Made by a program: the position numbers and the translations under genes. Positions 10,238-20,390 of a stretch of DNA of 54,607 nucleotides are shown piece by piece (position 1 is the stretch's first letter; each line of letters begins with the position of its first letter). The DNA is from a virus. Lineage: Duplodnaviria; Caudoviricetes. Location of the stretch: IMG/VR virus record IMGVR_UViG_3300042507_001934, positions 1 through 54,607 of that record. One strand, written 5' to 3'. The notes below the pieces were generated by a model, which did no database searches, was not told the origin of the DNA, and was given only the letters and a program-made list of their open reading frames with translations.

Positions 10238-12568
10238 TTAATACTTTAATGTATAGGCATAATTAACTGAATTTGAATTAGCACTGAATCCAATAGCTTC
10301 TACAGTCCAATCTAATGTTGGAGATACACTTGAAGAAGTTGAACTAATACATATTGCACTTACTGCTACATCTGAAATGTCTGATGGCTGAGGAGTGTTT
10401 GAAGCACCAGAAACAGAATTAAATTGGACATGGGGTATGTCTGTATAAATGTCGTGCGGGTCTCTTAAAAATGATGTTTGTTGATTAGATTGTAAATTTC
10501 CAATTAAACTTGAAGTAGTCACTTCTTCTGTTACTGTTCCAGATGTTCCTGTTACTGCAACTCCATTATAAACAAATACACATCCAATAGTTGCTGTTTC
10601 AGCACCTATAGCAACCCAGTTCACACTTCCAACTGAAAGAATTGTATATGTTCTACCAGAAACTAATTGTCCCGGTGTAAAAGCATTTAAAGTTACTAAT
10701 GTTTGTTGAACTATTTTTGGCGAATCAACTGCACAAATTAAATATCTAAATCCTCCAGCTAATGTTTGTGAACTTACTGTTGATGATCCATACATAGTTG
10801 GGTGTAGCCCAATCGCATAATCAAATCTATTTGTAAATGGAATTGGACTTGTTGGAGGATTTTGCACATTATAGGTAAATATATTAAAAAATATTTGTCC
10901 TTGAGTAATAATTCTATTTTTAGTAGTTATTACTGCCCATACAGTTTGTAAATGTTTCTTTAAAATTTTTGGAGATGGGTCTGTTGTAAATGGCAATGAG
11001 TTATTATAATAAGGATTATAACAAAACCATGAAACTTTTGTAGATACTCCTGTTGTTCCAACTTGTTTAAAATTTCTCCAACCATTTTGTGTTCCACCTG
11101 TTATTGGTAATGCAGAACCAGAATCTGGAATCCAAGAAGACGGAGAGCCAACACCATTTAAACCAGTATAAAAAACTGTAGAGGATATTTGTCCATTTAA
11201 TGTTGGAACAATTTGTAATCTATTTTGTATTCCCAAACTTATATCAGCGGATGGGCCAGTTGCACCTTGAACTCCAGTAGCACCTTGAGGCCCAAGTTGG
11301 TTATACATCACTTGCATTACTGTGATGATGACAGATGGAATATTAGGTGCTGGTGCAACTGCTGTATTGTGGTCGATACCAATATTAGTATTGTCAGTTG
11401 ACCACATGATCTGAAAATTGTCTCCAGCAGCAAAGTTATCCATGAAGTCCCATGCAGCTACCGAATATGGAGTATTTGTTGGGACAGCAATTCTTGTTGC
11501 AGAATCTGGAATATCAGTTCCATTTTTGCGGAACCAAATCTGAACAGTGTTTCCCCCACCCCCACCACCATTGTTATGCAATTGAGCGGAGAATTGGATG
11601 TCGTATGTTCCCGGACTTGTAAATGTAACTTGCGATCCGCTAACTACTGAAATGCCATTTTGTCCAATGACATTATTTACTGTCATTGCATATGCAGTAT
11701 TAATAGCGACGGCAGTTTGATCTACATTGCTAAAATACGATCCGTAAAATCCAGAAGCTCCACCAGCACCAGTTAAACCAGTTGCCCCCTGTAAGCCTGT
11801 AGCTCCAGTTGCGCCCGTAGCTCCATCAACACCAGTAATTCCTGTAGATCCGGTTGCGCCTGTAAGACCCGTTGCGCCTGTGACTCCGGTTGCCCCAGTC
11901 GCCCCTGTTGCCCCAGCAAGCATGGCGGTTGTTTGGATTGTTCCATCACCAAATTTGATTCCAGTTGTATCTACCGAAAGAGCAACGCTTGCATCAGGCG
12001 TAACACCAACACCAACCCGACCGGAATTACTAACAACGAATGCCGTTGCATCAGGAGTTGTATCATCCTCAACTCTCAGTGCTTCGCCTGTTCCCCTTTG
12101 TGTAACTCGTATAGCAGCAATTGAGGCAGTAGTGTCAATTATTTGATTGTTATTAAATGTATTTGCAAGATTTGTAGCTGCTGAATTATATGAAACCCCG
12201 CCTGATCTCCAAGCAAATCTATTGCCACCTGTAATCCATAAATCTCCATTTGCTGTGGTTGCTGGACTTGTTCCCGTAATAGCATTTCCAATATTAAGTT
12301 TAGAAGCGGTATCGTCAGCGGCGGCAGTCAATTTGCCTGTCATTGTATCGCCTGACTTCTGAACGAATGCGGAAGTATCTACTGCTGGCCCAGTTGCGCC
12401 AGTTGAACCTTGCGTTCCTACTCCAGTTGCCCCAGTGCTTCCTGTAGCACCTGTAGCACCAGTTGGCCCACCACTTGGCCCAGTTGCTCCTGTTGCGCCG
12501 ATAGCTGCAGTGGCTTGACTTCCAGTAAAATCAAGTTTACCAGTAAAAGGATTAAATGTAAGTGCCAT
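10238..12568 (-). CDS. Collagen-like tail fibre with BclA-CTD/C1q-like domain
   Basis: 776 aa; GAT repeats; FYGSYFS...[11 protein letters not shown]...[10 protein letters not shown]1q-like domain; AT-rich C-terminal region. Confidence 0.8.
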   Translation of the reverse strand: MALTFNPFTGKLDFTGSQATAAIGATGATGPSGGPTGATGATGSTGATGVGTQGSTGATGPAVDTSAFVQKSGDTMTGKLTAAADDTASKLNIGNAITGTSPATTANGDLWITGGNRFAWRSGGVSYNSAATNLANTFNNNQIIDTTASIAAIRVTQRGTGEALRVEDDTTPDATAFVVSNSGRVGVGVTPDASVALSVDTTGIKFGDGTIQTTAMLAGATGATGATGVTGATGLTGATGSTGITGVDGATGATGATGLQGATGLTGAGGASGFYGSYFSNVDQTAVAINTAYAMTVNNVIGQNGISVVSGSQVTFTSPGTYDIQFSAQLHNNGGGGGGNTVQIWFRKNGTDIPDSATRIAVPTNTPYSVAAWDFMDNFAAGDNFQIMWSTDNTNIGIDHNTAVAPAPNIPSVIITVMQVMYNQLGPQGATGVQGATGPSADISLGIQNRLQIVPTLNGQISSTVFYTGLNGVGSPSSWIPDSGSALPITGGTQNGWRNFKQVGTTGVSTKVSWFCYNPYYNNSLPFTTDPSPKILKKHLQTVWAVITTKNRIITQGQIFFNIFTYNVQNPPTSPIPFTNRFDYAIGLHPTMYGSSTVSSQTLAGGFRYLICAVDSPKIVQQTLVTLNAFTPGQLVSGRTYTILSVGSVNWVAIGAETATIGCVFVYNGVAVTGTSGTVTEEVTTSSLIGNLQSNQQTSFLRDPHDIYTDIPHVQFNSVSGASNTPQPSDISDVAVSAICISSTSSSVSPTLDWTVEAIGFSANSNSVNYAYTLKY

Positions 12569-12571
12569 ATA

Positions 12572-12838
12572 TTATGGGTAAGCTATAGATACAGTTGTCA
12601 GATTTGCATCGTTCGCAGTTGGAGGTTGAACAGCATATGTAAGTGTTAATGTCGCAACTGGACTACCACCATTCAAATATTGAACAGTTGCAATGTTGTT
12701 TGTTACTCCGTAATACGAGATGTCAATTTGGTCATATGCAGGAATCTCAAACCCTGCAATTTCTTTCAAAGATTCGTATAGATTGAAATTTTGCTGATCT
12801 GGAGTTAGATTGATAAAGCAGGGTTGAGTGAGTGCCAT
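12572..12838 (-). CDS. Small virion protein
   Basis: 88 aa, tightly packed; YDQIDISY...IATVQY...VATLTLTY. Confidence 0.7.
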   Translation of the reverse strand: MALTQPCFINLTPDQQNFNLYESLKEIAGFEIPAYDQIDISYYGVTNNIATVQYLNGGSPVATLTLTYAVQPPTANDANLTTVSIAYP

Positions 12839-12860
12839 AATATTTTATCGGTTACGATAA

Positions 12861-13127
12861 TTAACCAACTGGTGGAAGAGCAGCAGCAAGAGCTTCGTTA
12901 GTGAGGAAGTATTGCTGGTCTTCAGTTTTTTGCACAAAGCAATTCTCGGTAACTGGTGTCAGTTCACCAATAGTTGCAAGTCCAACATAGAATTGATAGA
13001 GCTTTGAAGCATCACTTGCAGCGTCATAGCAACCATAAGAGATTGGATCAATGCCAGCAGCGGCGGCGATTGTTTGAACGAAAGGGTAAGATTTATTGCG
13101 GTAGTCGAGAGCGGTGAAACAAGCCAT
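12861..13127 (-). CDS. Small virion protein with three C-[FY] repeats
   Basis: 88 aa; CFTALD / CYDAAS / CFVQKTEDQQYF, resembling the N-terminus of 12572..12838 (CFINLTPDQQNF). Confidence 0.65.
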   Translation of the reverse strand: MACFTALDYRNKSYPFVQTIAAAAGIDPISYGCYDAASDASKLYQFYVGLATIGELTPVTENCFVQKTEDQQYFLTNEALAAALPPVG

Positions 13128-13131
13128 AATT

Positions 13132-13172
13132 AAAAAAGGGGTTAGGGTGAGGAAGTATTTACTTCCCCACCC
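13132..13172 (-). terminator. Intrinsic terminator
   Basis: Stem gggtgaggaagta/tacttccccaccc followed on the minus strand by a T-tract. Confidence 0.6.
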
Positions 13173-13183
13173 AAGGTTGAGGT

Positions 13184-13798
13184 TTAGTAGTAGATGCCAA
13201 CAACGTAGGCATTCACATAGAGTGCGCCAACACGTCCAGCGGTATCAGCACCCGAAGCGACATTAGCACCAGCGTTTGCATAGGTGAAGGTGGTCGAGTC
13301 AACGACAGTAACCTCAGCCTGCACATCGTTGAATGTAGTGTCAGTCATGCTGGCAATCGTGATCGTGTCACCCGTGGCAAAACCATGAGCAGCACCAGTA
13401 ACGATTGTAGCAACGCCCGAAGTGCGGGAACGAGTTGCGGTAGCTTGACCAAGACCAACAGTGGATTTCAACAAACGAAGTTTGCGGGAACCAGTGATAA
13501 CAAAAGGATTGGCAACAAACGCGAGAGGATTGTAGCGGCCTTGGTTATCAAGAGCGTCAGTGATGGTAAGCGAAGAGGTGATGTTTTCGCCAGTGGTTCC
13601 GTTGTCAACGATCACAACTGGATCGGTGGCAGTAGTTCCGCGAGCGTAGGCAGTCTCCAGCACGATGCTTGTTGGAAAGAACTTGGTGTCTTCGTCGTTA
13701 AGGACGAGAAGGTCAGCGTCTCCAGCAGCGAGAAGGTTAACAGGGATCGGGCCAAACAAGTTGACACGATCATAAGCGAGTGGTCGAGAATTAGACAT
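13184..13798 (-). CDS. Capsid decoration / minor capsid protein
   Basis: 204 aa directly downstream of the major capsid gene; internal ATIVT..AHGF..GDTITI...TFTY beta module. Confidence 0.55.
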   Translation of the reverse strand: MSNSRPLAYDRVNLFGPIPVNLLAAGDADLLVLNDEDTKFFPTSIVLETAYARGTTATDPVVIVDNGTTGENITSSLTITDALDNQGRYNPLAFVANPFVITGSRKLRLLKSTVGLGQATATRSRTSGVATIVTGAAHGFATGDTITIASMTDTTFNDVQAEVTVVDSTTFTYANAGANVASGADTAGRVGALYVNAYVVGIYY

Positions 13799-13817
13799 AA
13801 TTTTTATTTAAGGTTGT

Positions 13818-13845
13818 GGGGAGAGGCTTGAATAAGCCTCCCCCC
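13818..13845 (-). terminator. Hairpin after the major capsid gene
   Basis: ggggagaggctt-gaat-aagcctcccc inverted repeat. Confidence 0.5.
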
Positions 13846-13853
13846 TGTTTAAC

Positions 13854-15263
13854 TTAGGAAGGCACAACGATGTCGCCCACACCAGCGCAGCTATAGCAGT
13901 CCTGAGTGTTGTCAGGAATGATGTAGCTCTGCACAGGGCAGCAGGAACCATAGAGGCTCTTGCTTTGTGGCAGGCGATGCAGGAACGAGTGCATGATGGT
14001 TGGGTCTTTGACCTGTGCAGCGAGACGGAACTGAGCTTGATAGAAGCCCGTTTTGCGCCAGCGGTTGCACTCCCAATCTGGGTTCTTCCATTCCCAATCA
14101 CCAGCGTAGTTCTGGGTCATTTGTTGGGCTTGGCCGTATCCAGTCGAGGATGGCATTGTCCACTTGCACATTGCTTTGTTCACCATAGCAACCGAGATAC
14201 CGAAGTCGGCATTGCGGTAGGCTTTGTTAGGAACATAGGAGCATCCGTTCTCTTGGACGATCTTGATGTAACGAGGCACACGAACGAGACGCGCCCATGT
14301 CGCAGGATCAGCTTCGTTGAACGGAGCGAGACCAGCGTTGAAGGCCGTGTCAGCGTTGAAGCGAGCAGCGTTGATGTCGTAGCCGAAGGCATAGTCACCG
14401 ATGATGCGGTTGATGCCGAGTTTCAGACGGGTCAAACGCTCGTCGAAGTCGGTGTTAGCATCCCAGTAACCATTGTTGCGTTTGGCTTGGAAGTAAAGCG
14501 CACGGCCAACTTGAGGATCGGGGATAACGATGTCGAGCAAAGGCTGACCAGTCGCATCTTGGAGATCAAGACGGAAAGCGTCATCTTCGTCTTGGAGGTC
14601 AACGAGAGCATCGTCGAGCATATCAAGCGAGAGATAAGCAATCTTGTTGAGGTCGGCGGGAGCCATCTTAACGCGAAGAGCGCAGAGGTCATAGCCAGCT
14701 TCGTTGTTGAGCGTATGCTCTGGAACGAACCATGCTTGATCGTCAACGAGGCCGCAGTAAGTGCCGTCATCAGTAGTGATGCCCATCCACTTGTGGCCGG
14801 AACCACCGATGTAGTTAGAACGAAGGAACTCTTCGTGGACATTCTTGGTGATACGGGCATTCGACTCTTCAAACTGGAGAATCTCTTCAGCGGGGAAGAG
14901 GCGATAGAGAAGGCTCTCAACGCAAATCCAGTCAGTGGTCATCTCTTTACGCAGAAGCTCGAAAGTATAGCTCTCAGTGCCGGGGCGTTGGATGACTTCG
15001 GGTTTGCTATCGCAAGAATCAGTCTCGCAGTAGGTGTCGGTGATCGAACGGAAAGGAGTGCAAGGATCGTGGAATCCACGGCCAAAGCGGAATGCTTTTT
15101 GTTCGGTTGTGTGGTTAAGAGGCCATGCTTGCTCCTCGAAACGGGTGAAGTATGCAGAGTTCGTGACGAGCTTCTTCACATAGAGGTCGTTGAAATATTC
15201 GCGGCCCTCGCGGAAGAAACTGTCAATCTCGGCACAACTATTGAAGTAGAGTTGATCGCTCAT
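13854..15263 (-). CDS. Major capsid protein
   Basis: 469 aa; follows portal and scaffold; strong codon bias (long antisense shadow ORF); own promoter and terminator. Confidence 0.8.
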   Translation of the reverse strand: MSDQLYFNSCAEIDSFFREGREYFNDLYVKKLVTNSAYFTRFEEQAWPLNHTTEQKAFRFGRGFHDPCTPFRSITDTYCETDSCDSKPEVIQRPGTESYTFELLRKEMTTDWICVESLLYRLFPAEEILQFEESNARITKNVHEEFLRSNYIGGSGHKWMGITTDDGTYCGLVDDQAWFVPEHTLNNEAGYDLCALRVKMAPADLNKIAYLSLDMLDDALVDLQDEDDAFRLDLQDATGQPLLDIVIPDPQVGRALYFQAKRNNGYWDANTDFDERLTRLKLGINRIIGDYAFGYDINAARFNADTAFNAGLAPFNEADPATWARLVRVPRYIKIVQENGCSYVPNKAYRNADFGISVAMVNKAMCKWTMPSSTGYGQAQQMTQNYAGDWEWKNPDWECNRWRKTGFYQAQFRLAAQVKDPTIMHSFLHRLPQSKSLYGSCCPVQSYIIPDNTQDCYSCAGVGDIVVPS

Positions 15264-15478
15264 TGATTTATTTGATTTTGGTTTAGTTTAGTTTTGCACC
15301 GCAAACTACACCATGAGGAATAGCAAGCGAGTGCTTGGTTTCCTCTGCTGGACTCAACCCAGAGTTTCTTTCTGTCCAGAAATCGTTTTTCATGCGAGGT
15401 CGAAAACTCGCCAGCCAGAGTGCGGCTGAATCCCTAATGATTATCGTAAACGATAACTTTCGGATTTCTCTTTTCGGG

Positions 15479-15507
15479 ACAATGCAACCGACTATTTGCC
15501 ATGTCAA
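15479..15507 (-). promoter_or_regulatory. Sigma70-type promoter for the capsid gene
   Basis: TTGACA (15507-15502) N17 CATTGT on the minus strand. Confidence 0.5.
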
Positions 15508-15517
15508 CAACTTTTTT

Positions 15518-15562
15518 AAAAAAAGTTTGGGGGAGGTAGCAATCCAAAACTACCTCCCCCCT
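15518..15562 (-). terminator. Intrinsic terminator after the scaffold gene
   Basis: ggggggaggtag/ctacctcccccc stem followed by a T7 tract on the minus strand. Confidence 0.75.
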
Positions 15563-15588
15563 ATGCAACCAGATTGCAGAATGATGGG

Positions 15589-16875
15589 CTATGCAGTTCT
15601 TGCTTGCGGCGAAAACTTGGCGAGCTTCGCGGCCAGTCCCTCCGTGATACTCATTCTTGGTTTCTGGGAATCCGATGCACTTGGTGATGATGAGATGCGC
15701 GATGATCCTTTGAGTTGTGCGATATACTCGTCTTTCTCTTTCACCATCTCTTGGTATGCCTTGAGTTGTGCTTGAATCTTCTGATAGGCGCGGCCTTGAT
15801 GGATCAGTCGGTTCATGTCTTCAACTGATGCCTGCTCATTGGTCTGCTGTGTAGCTGCCAGCGCAATAGCCTCGTCGCGGGAGATGTCGAACTTGATTCC
15901 CTTTTCCTTCATGTAGTCAGCAACCACATCTGGAATTTCGGTAGCCCGATCAATCTCCTGTTGAGTATTTTTGTATCCTTCACGCCACTGGTTCAGATAC
16001 TTGTTCCTGCCTTCTTGCTCTTTTTGTTTAGCGGTTTGAATGATATTCTGCTTGGTTTCTTCAAAGTTGACAAGAGCTGCGTGATGTCCTTGAGTTGCTT
16101 TGATGAAGCTGTTAACCTGCTCCGCGAATTGATACTGCTTGAATTGCGAGAGCGAGTTCGTGATTTCCTCGAACGCTTGGTCGCGGTCGGCTTCTGCCGC
16201 TCTACGATCCTCTTCGGATGACGCATTGAAGATGGAGGCATTTGCATTGACAGCACGGGAGAATGTCGAAAGAAGAGTTGGATCATTCGATAGCAATTGT
16301 CGCGCAGTGTCGTAGGTATTCTTGATAGGATCGAGGTAAGTCTTTTTGAAGTCTGGATTGCTCGTAATATCGTGGAAGTCCAGTTTACCCCTAAGTTCCT
16401 TGATCTGCTCTGATAGTTGTTGCTCAATGTCCAACTTCTCTTGGTTGGCTTTGTTGAGTTGTTCTTGGTAGTGGTTGGTTTCTTTAGTCGATGTTGACTC
16501 GGCGACCAATCTCTCAAGTTCTTGGATTTTGGTTTCAAACTTGGGGATTTCATCTTTCTTGTATTTCTCAAGTTCTTCTTTGAGTTTGCGGTTCTCTTCG
16601 ATTTGACGCTCAACAAACCCTTTCTTTTTTCCTGTTCGGTCAGATGTGATTTCAGCTTCGGTAACTCCCGCCACTGGTTCTTCTGGTGGTTCTTCTTCAT
16701 TGAATTTTTTAATGCCGAGATTGGGATCACCAACATTGGTAGCACTGGGCTTGCCTTCGTCGGTTTGTTGTTGGCTGAACTTCTTGAGGAAGTCAGATGT
16801 GTTACCTTTAATCGGAACTTGAGGTTTAGCCTTCAGTTCTTTGATTACTTCTGCTGTGTCGTTTGGGTCTGCCAT
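15589..16875 (-). CDS. Probable capsid scaffolding protein
   Basis: 428 aa, charged coiled coil, between portal and capsid genes. Confidence 0.65.
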   Translation of the reverse strand: MADPNDTAEVIKELKAKPQVPIKGNTSDFLKKFSQQQTDEGKPSATNVGDPNLGIKKFNEEEPPEEPVAGVTEAEITSDRTGKKKGFVERQIEENRKLKEELEKYKKDEIPKFETKIQELERLVAESTSTKETNHYQEQLNKANQEKLDIEQQLSEQIKELRGKLDFHDITSNPDFKKTYLDPIKNTYDTARQLLSNDPTLLSTFSRAVNANASIFNASSEEDRRAAEADRDQAFEEITNSLSQFKQYQFAEQVNSFIKATQGHHAALVNFEETKQNIIQTAKQKEQEGRNKYLNQWREGYKNTQQEIDRATEIPDVVADYMKEKGIKFDISRDEAIALAATQQTNEQASVEDMNRLIHQGRAYQKIQAQLKAYQEMVKEKDEYIAQLKGSSRISSSPSASDSQKPRMSITEGLAAKLAKFSPQARTA

Positions 16876-16878
16876 AAA

Positions 16879-17124
16879 TTAGATTTCGTCGAGGTCTGGG
16901 TCGATTGTGATGTCCGCTGGTTCCTTATGCTTTCCAGCAACTTTTGTTTTTTTGAATGCTCCCTGCTCCTCAGTTCCAATAGCTTCAATAGTTTTGATTG
17001 CATGGATAAGCGTGGTTACTCCTTCTGGTGGGTTTACATTAAGTAGTAAATACGCCTGTAGTTTGTTCCAGTCTTCGTGTGAGGTTATTGCCGCGCATAG
17101 GGATTTTACTTTTTCTGTTGTCAT
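16879..17124 (-). CDS. Hypothetical protein
   Basis: Likely start MTTEKVK, overlapping the upstream stop. Confidence 0.6.
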   Translation of the reverse strand: MTTEKVKSLCAAITSHEDWNKLQAYLLLNVNPPEGVTTLIHAIKTIEAIGTEEQGAFKKTKVAGKHKEPADITIDPDLDEI

Positions 17125-17885
17125 TCTTGTGGTAGTTGTGTTTTTAACCAATCTGCCCAGCGTTTTTGCATGGGAGTTATTGTTCCTACTGATTCATCTC
17201 CCGTAAGAATACGGGCTAAGATACTTTGTTTGAGTGGAGTCTTGTCTTTAATTTTACCATACTGAGTTCCAGCAAATGCTTTCTCTTGTTCTGGTGTTAA
17301 ATTAAATTTGGGGATGATTTGCTTCTCATCAATAAAATGTCTAATAGCTTCATTTTTTGCTACTGCCATTTGTTGATCTTTACTCAAGTTGCTAAAAGGA
17401 TTCAGAACTATTGACCTTGGAGTATCTGTAGATGAATCATTTTTACCTGCGCCCCATTGCATTCCTGTTGTTTGTGGATTTTCCTTAAACCATTTTAGAA
17501 GTCCCTCATCTGGTTTTACAATTGGATAGCCTAAAATTGATTGCGTTATTTTCCTTGCTTCTGTAGGCGACTCATCTGGTTGTGCAAAAAATGGAAGTCC
17601 TTTAGATTCTCTTTCTTTTGCAAATTCAACCGCTTTTCGTGTAATTGATTTATTTAAATCTGGATTTACAGAATTTAATTTATCTGCTGGAGTAGAAAGC
17701 AAATATTTAAGTTCATTATCATCCAAAGTTGGAACCATAGTTGGGATAAGTTTTTCTCCACTACCCCAGTCGATTCCAATAGATAATTCTGTAGAAGAAT
17801 CTTTAGGATTATCAAGTCTTGGAATTGCACCAAGAAATCCCATTCCCTTTACTGTATTATCTGGCCTAAGATTGTTTGCGTTCAT
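17121..17885 (-). CDS. Hypothetical two-domain protein, AT-rich
   Basis: 254 aa; ATGA overlaps at both ends. Confidence 0.7.
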   Translation of the reverse strand: MNANNLRPDNTVKGMGFLGAIPRLDNPKDSSTELSIGIDWGSGEKLIPTMVPTLDDNELKYLLSTPADKLNSVNPDLNKSITRKAVEFAKERESKGLPFFAQPDESPTEARKITQSILGYPIVKPDEGLLKWFKENPQTTGMQWGAGKNDSSTDTPRSIVLNPFSNLSKDQQMAVAKNEAIRHFIDEKQIIPKFNLTPEQEKAFAGTQYGKIKDKTPLKQSILARILTGDESVGTITPMQKRWADWLKTQLPQE

Positions 17886-20377
17886 AGTGTTGCTGGAGGT
17901 GGTTCTTCTGTTTCCATCTCAACTTCTTCGGTAGCCTCTGGAGTTTCGACTTCTACTTCTTCAGTCTCTTCTTCCTCTGGCTCCTCTTCTTCCATCTCTG
18001 GAGCTTCCATCTCTGGTTGCTCTGCTTTCGTCTTACCTTTCATCTTCTGAATCTCAGCGCGAGCTTTAGCCTTCTGAAGCGCAAGTTGGGTGATGCCTTG
18101 TTCCTTGCGTTGTTCGGTGCGTTGAGCGTGTGAGATAGAAGCCTTGCCAATCGAGATGTCAGCGAGCTTCTTCTTGGTATCAATCTCAATGCCAGACTTA
18201 GCGGCGAGGTATTGGAGTTTGATGTCTTCTTCGGAGTTTGGCTGACCAGATTTTTGAGCTTCAGCTTCTGCCATCTGAACATACACTTGCTGGAGTTCGT
18301 CGGCCATTCCTTGAGCCTCGTTCATGCCTTGCATGAATTGTTTCAAGAAGTCCTGCTTCGATGGGTCTTTGCTGATATACTCAACGTGCGCCATGATGTG
18401 ACCACCCTTGAACTTGATAGCACGGACTGCTTTCGAGATTTCGGCAAACTCTGGATTGCCTTGCTGCACGGATTGCAGGTTCATCTGCAACTGCATAGCC
18501 AAGTCTTGGAAGTGACCTTGAGCGTGTTCAATGTGCGGATCAGTTGGCAGCACAGGGAAGTTTGCAGGGTTGACGAACGCATCAGTCATACCAGCATTTT
18601 CAAATCCAATGATACGGGTAGTATCGTCGATCTTGCTTGTCTTAGTATTGCGATAACGAGCTACGTTGTCTCGGCCAGATAGTGCCGCGATTGCGTCTTT
18701 AACTGCATTTTCCTGCCCTTCGTTTGCTGGAGTGATTGCTGTGATCTGCAATAACTTTTCTGCTGTGATAAGTTTGAACGATGGGCTACCTGCTCCGTTG
18801 ATGAGGTTGGAACGGATGCTTGTGATGTTCTTCCATTGAGCGGCTTCTTTCGGAGTGCCGAGTTCTTCAAGAATCTCATAGAACTTCTTCACATACTCAT
18901 ATCCATCATCGCTGGATTTGGAGCTTACGAAGCGTTTGTAGAGTTGTTTGAAGTAAAGAGTTTGGCACTCGTTGAATCGACGAATCTGAGTTCCAGATAG
19001 TTTAGCTGATTCAGCGGCATCCAGTTCTGCTTCGCCTTTTGTCCTTTGCTTTCCACCAGCGGTAGGTGCGTTGATTCGGTATTGCCCCATGCCCCTATAC
19101 ATATCTCCCATGAAGAACTGCATGAAGCTCATGCTTTCTGCTACTGGAAGTTGGAAGCGGTTCTGGATGAACTTTGCTCCATCTGGCATTACGCTGATAG
19201 GTAGCCATTCCATTTGCTTCAGCATCTTGGTTGCATCTGGCCCTTGTCCTTCGATCATCAACATGGAGTTGAGTCGAACGGCATCTACCAGCGAGTTCAT
19301 TGTGAAGTCATACTGACGACAGGCTACGAATGCCGATTCTGCTTGGCTCTTGATGTCTTGGAAGAGTCCGCTACCAACTGAGTCGGTAAGCATATACATG
19401 ATCTCATCCCATGAGTCGAAGAGTCCAATCTTGAGCATCATAAACCCGTGTTGGGTTCTGACATCATCTTCGCTGATCTTGCCAGCACCCTTGATGTTAG
19501 AGTTGATGTAGTCGGAGATTGGTTGGTAGTCTTGAAGGATAATCGCCTTACTGATCTTGCCGTCAAACTCCCTCCAGTAGACTTCGTAGAGGTCGATCTT
19601 CTGGTTTACCGATAGTGACCAGTTGAATCCAGACTCGCTAATCGTGCGGAAGAAGTCTTCGCGGGTCTTGCGGTGGTTGCTGAATGCGCGGTGGAATCGG
19701 ATAGCGTCAATTGCCGCATCTACATTCCATCCCATTGCTTCTGCCGCTGCACGATTCTCGATCTTCTTGTAGAGTTCGTATGGAGTCAAACGGACACGGC
19801 GAACAAACTCCTCAAGGTTGCAGAAGTCGATCCTAATGTCGTCTGGAAAGAGAAGGTCGGAGAGGAATACGTGTTCTGGCATCCATCCCATTGGTGAATC
19901 CCACATTCCGATTCCCTTTCCATACAGCAACATTTCCTCAAGGTCTTGCTCTGTATTGTAGAGGTATCCGGGCCATTCTCGGATTGCTTGGTCAAATGCT
20001 TGGGAAATGTTTTCGGAGTTAACGAGTCGTTCTTTTTCATTTCCAAATTTGCTCTTGATCGTGCAGCAAGCCTGCCGCTCGGTGATTACATCGTAGTAAC
20101 TGGACTTCTGGTTATCAACAATAAATCCAAGTTGTCCGTAGTTTACATCTGATTGCCAAGGTAAACGCTTTTCTGCGAGCTTGCTGTATCCTGTTGGCGG
20201 GAACATCTTATACGCCTTATAGATACGGATGCGTTTGTTCTCGCGCCCGATGTTAGCAAGTCGAAGATGATTTGCTATGTTCCAAGCGTGATTCGCGTTG
20301 GAGATTCGTGTTTCTGGTGGTTTGCCGTCTTGATCTAAAACAGCAAGTGAAAATTGGTCGTTTCCTACGGATAGCAT
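17882..20377 (-). CDS. Portal protein
   Basis: 831 aa; DLEEMLLYGKGIG and RTKGEAEL motifs typical of P22-like portals; acidic tail. Confidence 0.75.
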   Translation of the reverse strand: MLSVGNDQFSLAVLDQDGKPPETRISNANHAWNIANHLRLANIGRENKRIRIYKAYKMFPPTGYSKLAEKRLPWQSDVNYGQLGFIVDNQKSSYYDVITERQACCTIKSKFGNEKERLVNSENISQAFDQAIREWPGYLYNTEQDLEEMLLYGKGIGMWDSPMGWMPEHVFLSDLLFPDDIRIDFCNLEEFVRRVRLTPYELYKKIENRAAAEAMGWNVDAAIDAIRFHRAFSNHRKTREDFFRTISESGFNWSLSVNQKIDLYEVYWREFDGKISKAIILQDYQPISDYINSNIKGAGKISEDDVRTQHGFMMLKIGLFDSWDEIMYMLTDSVGSGLFQDIKSQAESAFVACRQYDFTMNSLVDAVRLNSMLMIEGQGPDATKMLKQMEWLPISVMPDGAKFIQNRFQLPVAESMSFMQFFMGDMYRGMGQYRINAPTAGGKQRTKGEAELDAAESAKLSGTQIRRFNECQTLYFKQLYKRFVSSKSSDDGYEYVKKFYEILEELGTPKEAAQWKNITSIRSNLINGAGSPSFKLITAEKLLQITAITPANEGQENAVKDAIAALSGRDNVARYRNTKTSKIDDTTRIIGFENAGMTDAFVNPANFPVLPTDPHIEHAQGHFQDLAMQLQMNLQSVQQGNPEFAEISKAVRAIKFKGGHIMAHVEYISKDPSKQDFLKQFMQGMNEAQGMADELQQVYVQMAEAEAQKSGQPNSEEDIKLQYLAAKSGIEIDTKKKLADISIGKASISHAQRTEQRKEQGITQLALQKAKARAEIQKMKGKTKAEQPEMEAPEMEEEEPEEEETEEVEVETPEATEEVEMETEEPPPATL

Positions 20378-20390
20378 ATGTTTTTATCGG

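Noticed and set aside
8103-12362. Plus-strand PVAPVAP-rich ORFs
   Set aside because: Antisense reading of the Gly-Ala-Thr collagen repeats.
13808-14101. Alternative-frame ORF as a T7 10B-like capsid frameshift extension
   Set aside because: It would add only ~15 residues past the stop and I see no convincing slippery site.
13965-15266. 433-aa plus-strand ORF antisense to the capsid gene
   Set aside because: In-register shadow produced by codon bias of a highly expressed gene; no protein-like motifs.
15993-16745. 250-aa alternative-frame ORF inside the scaffold gene
   Set aside because: K/R/S/N-rich composition typical of an off-frame read of an A-rich coiled-coil gene; unlike the MTase overlap it carries no recognisable motif.
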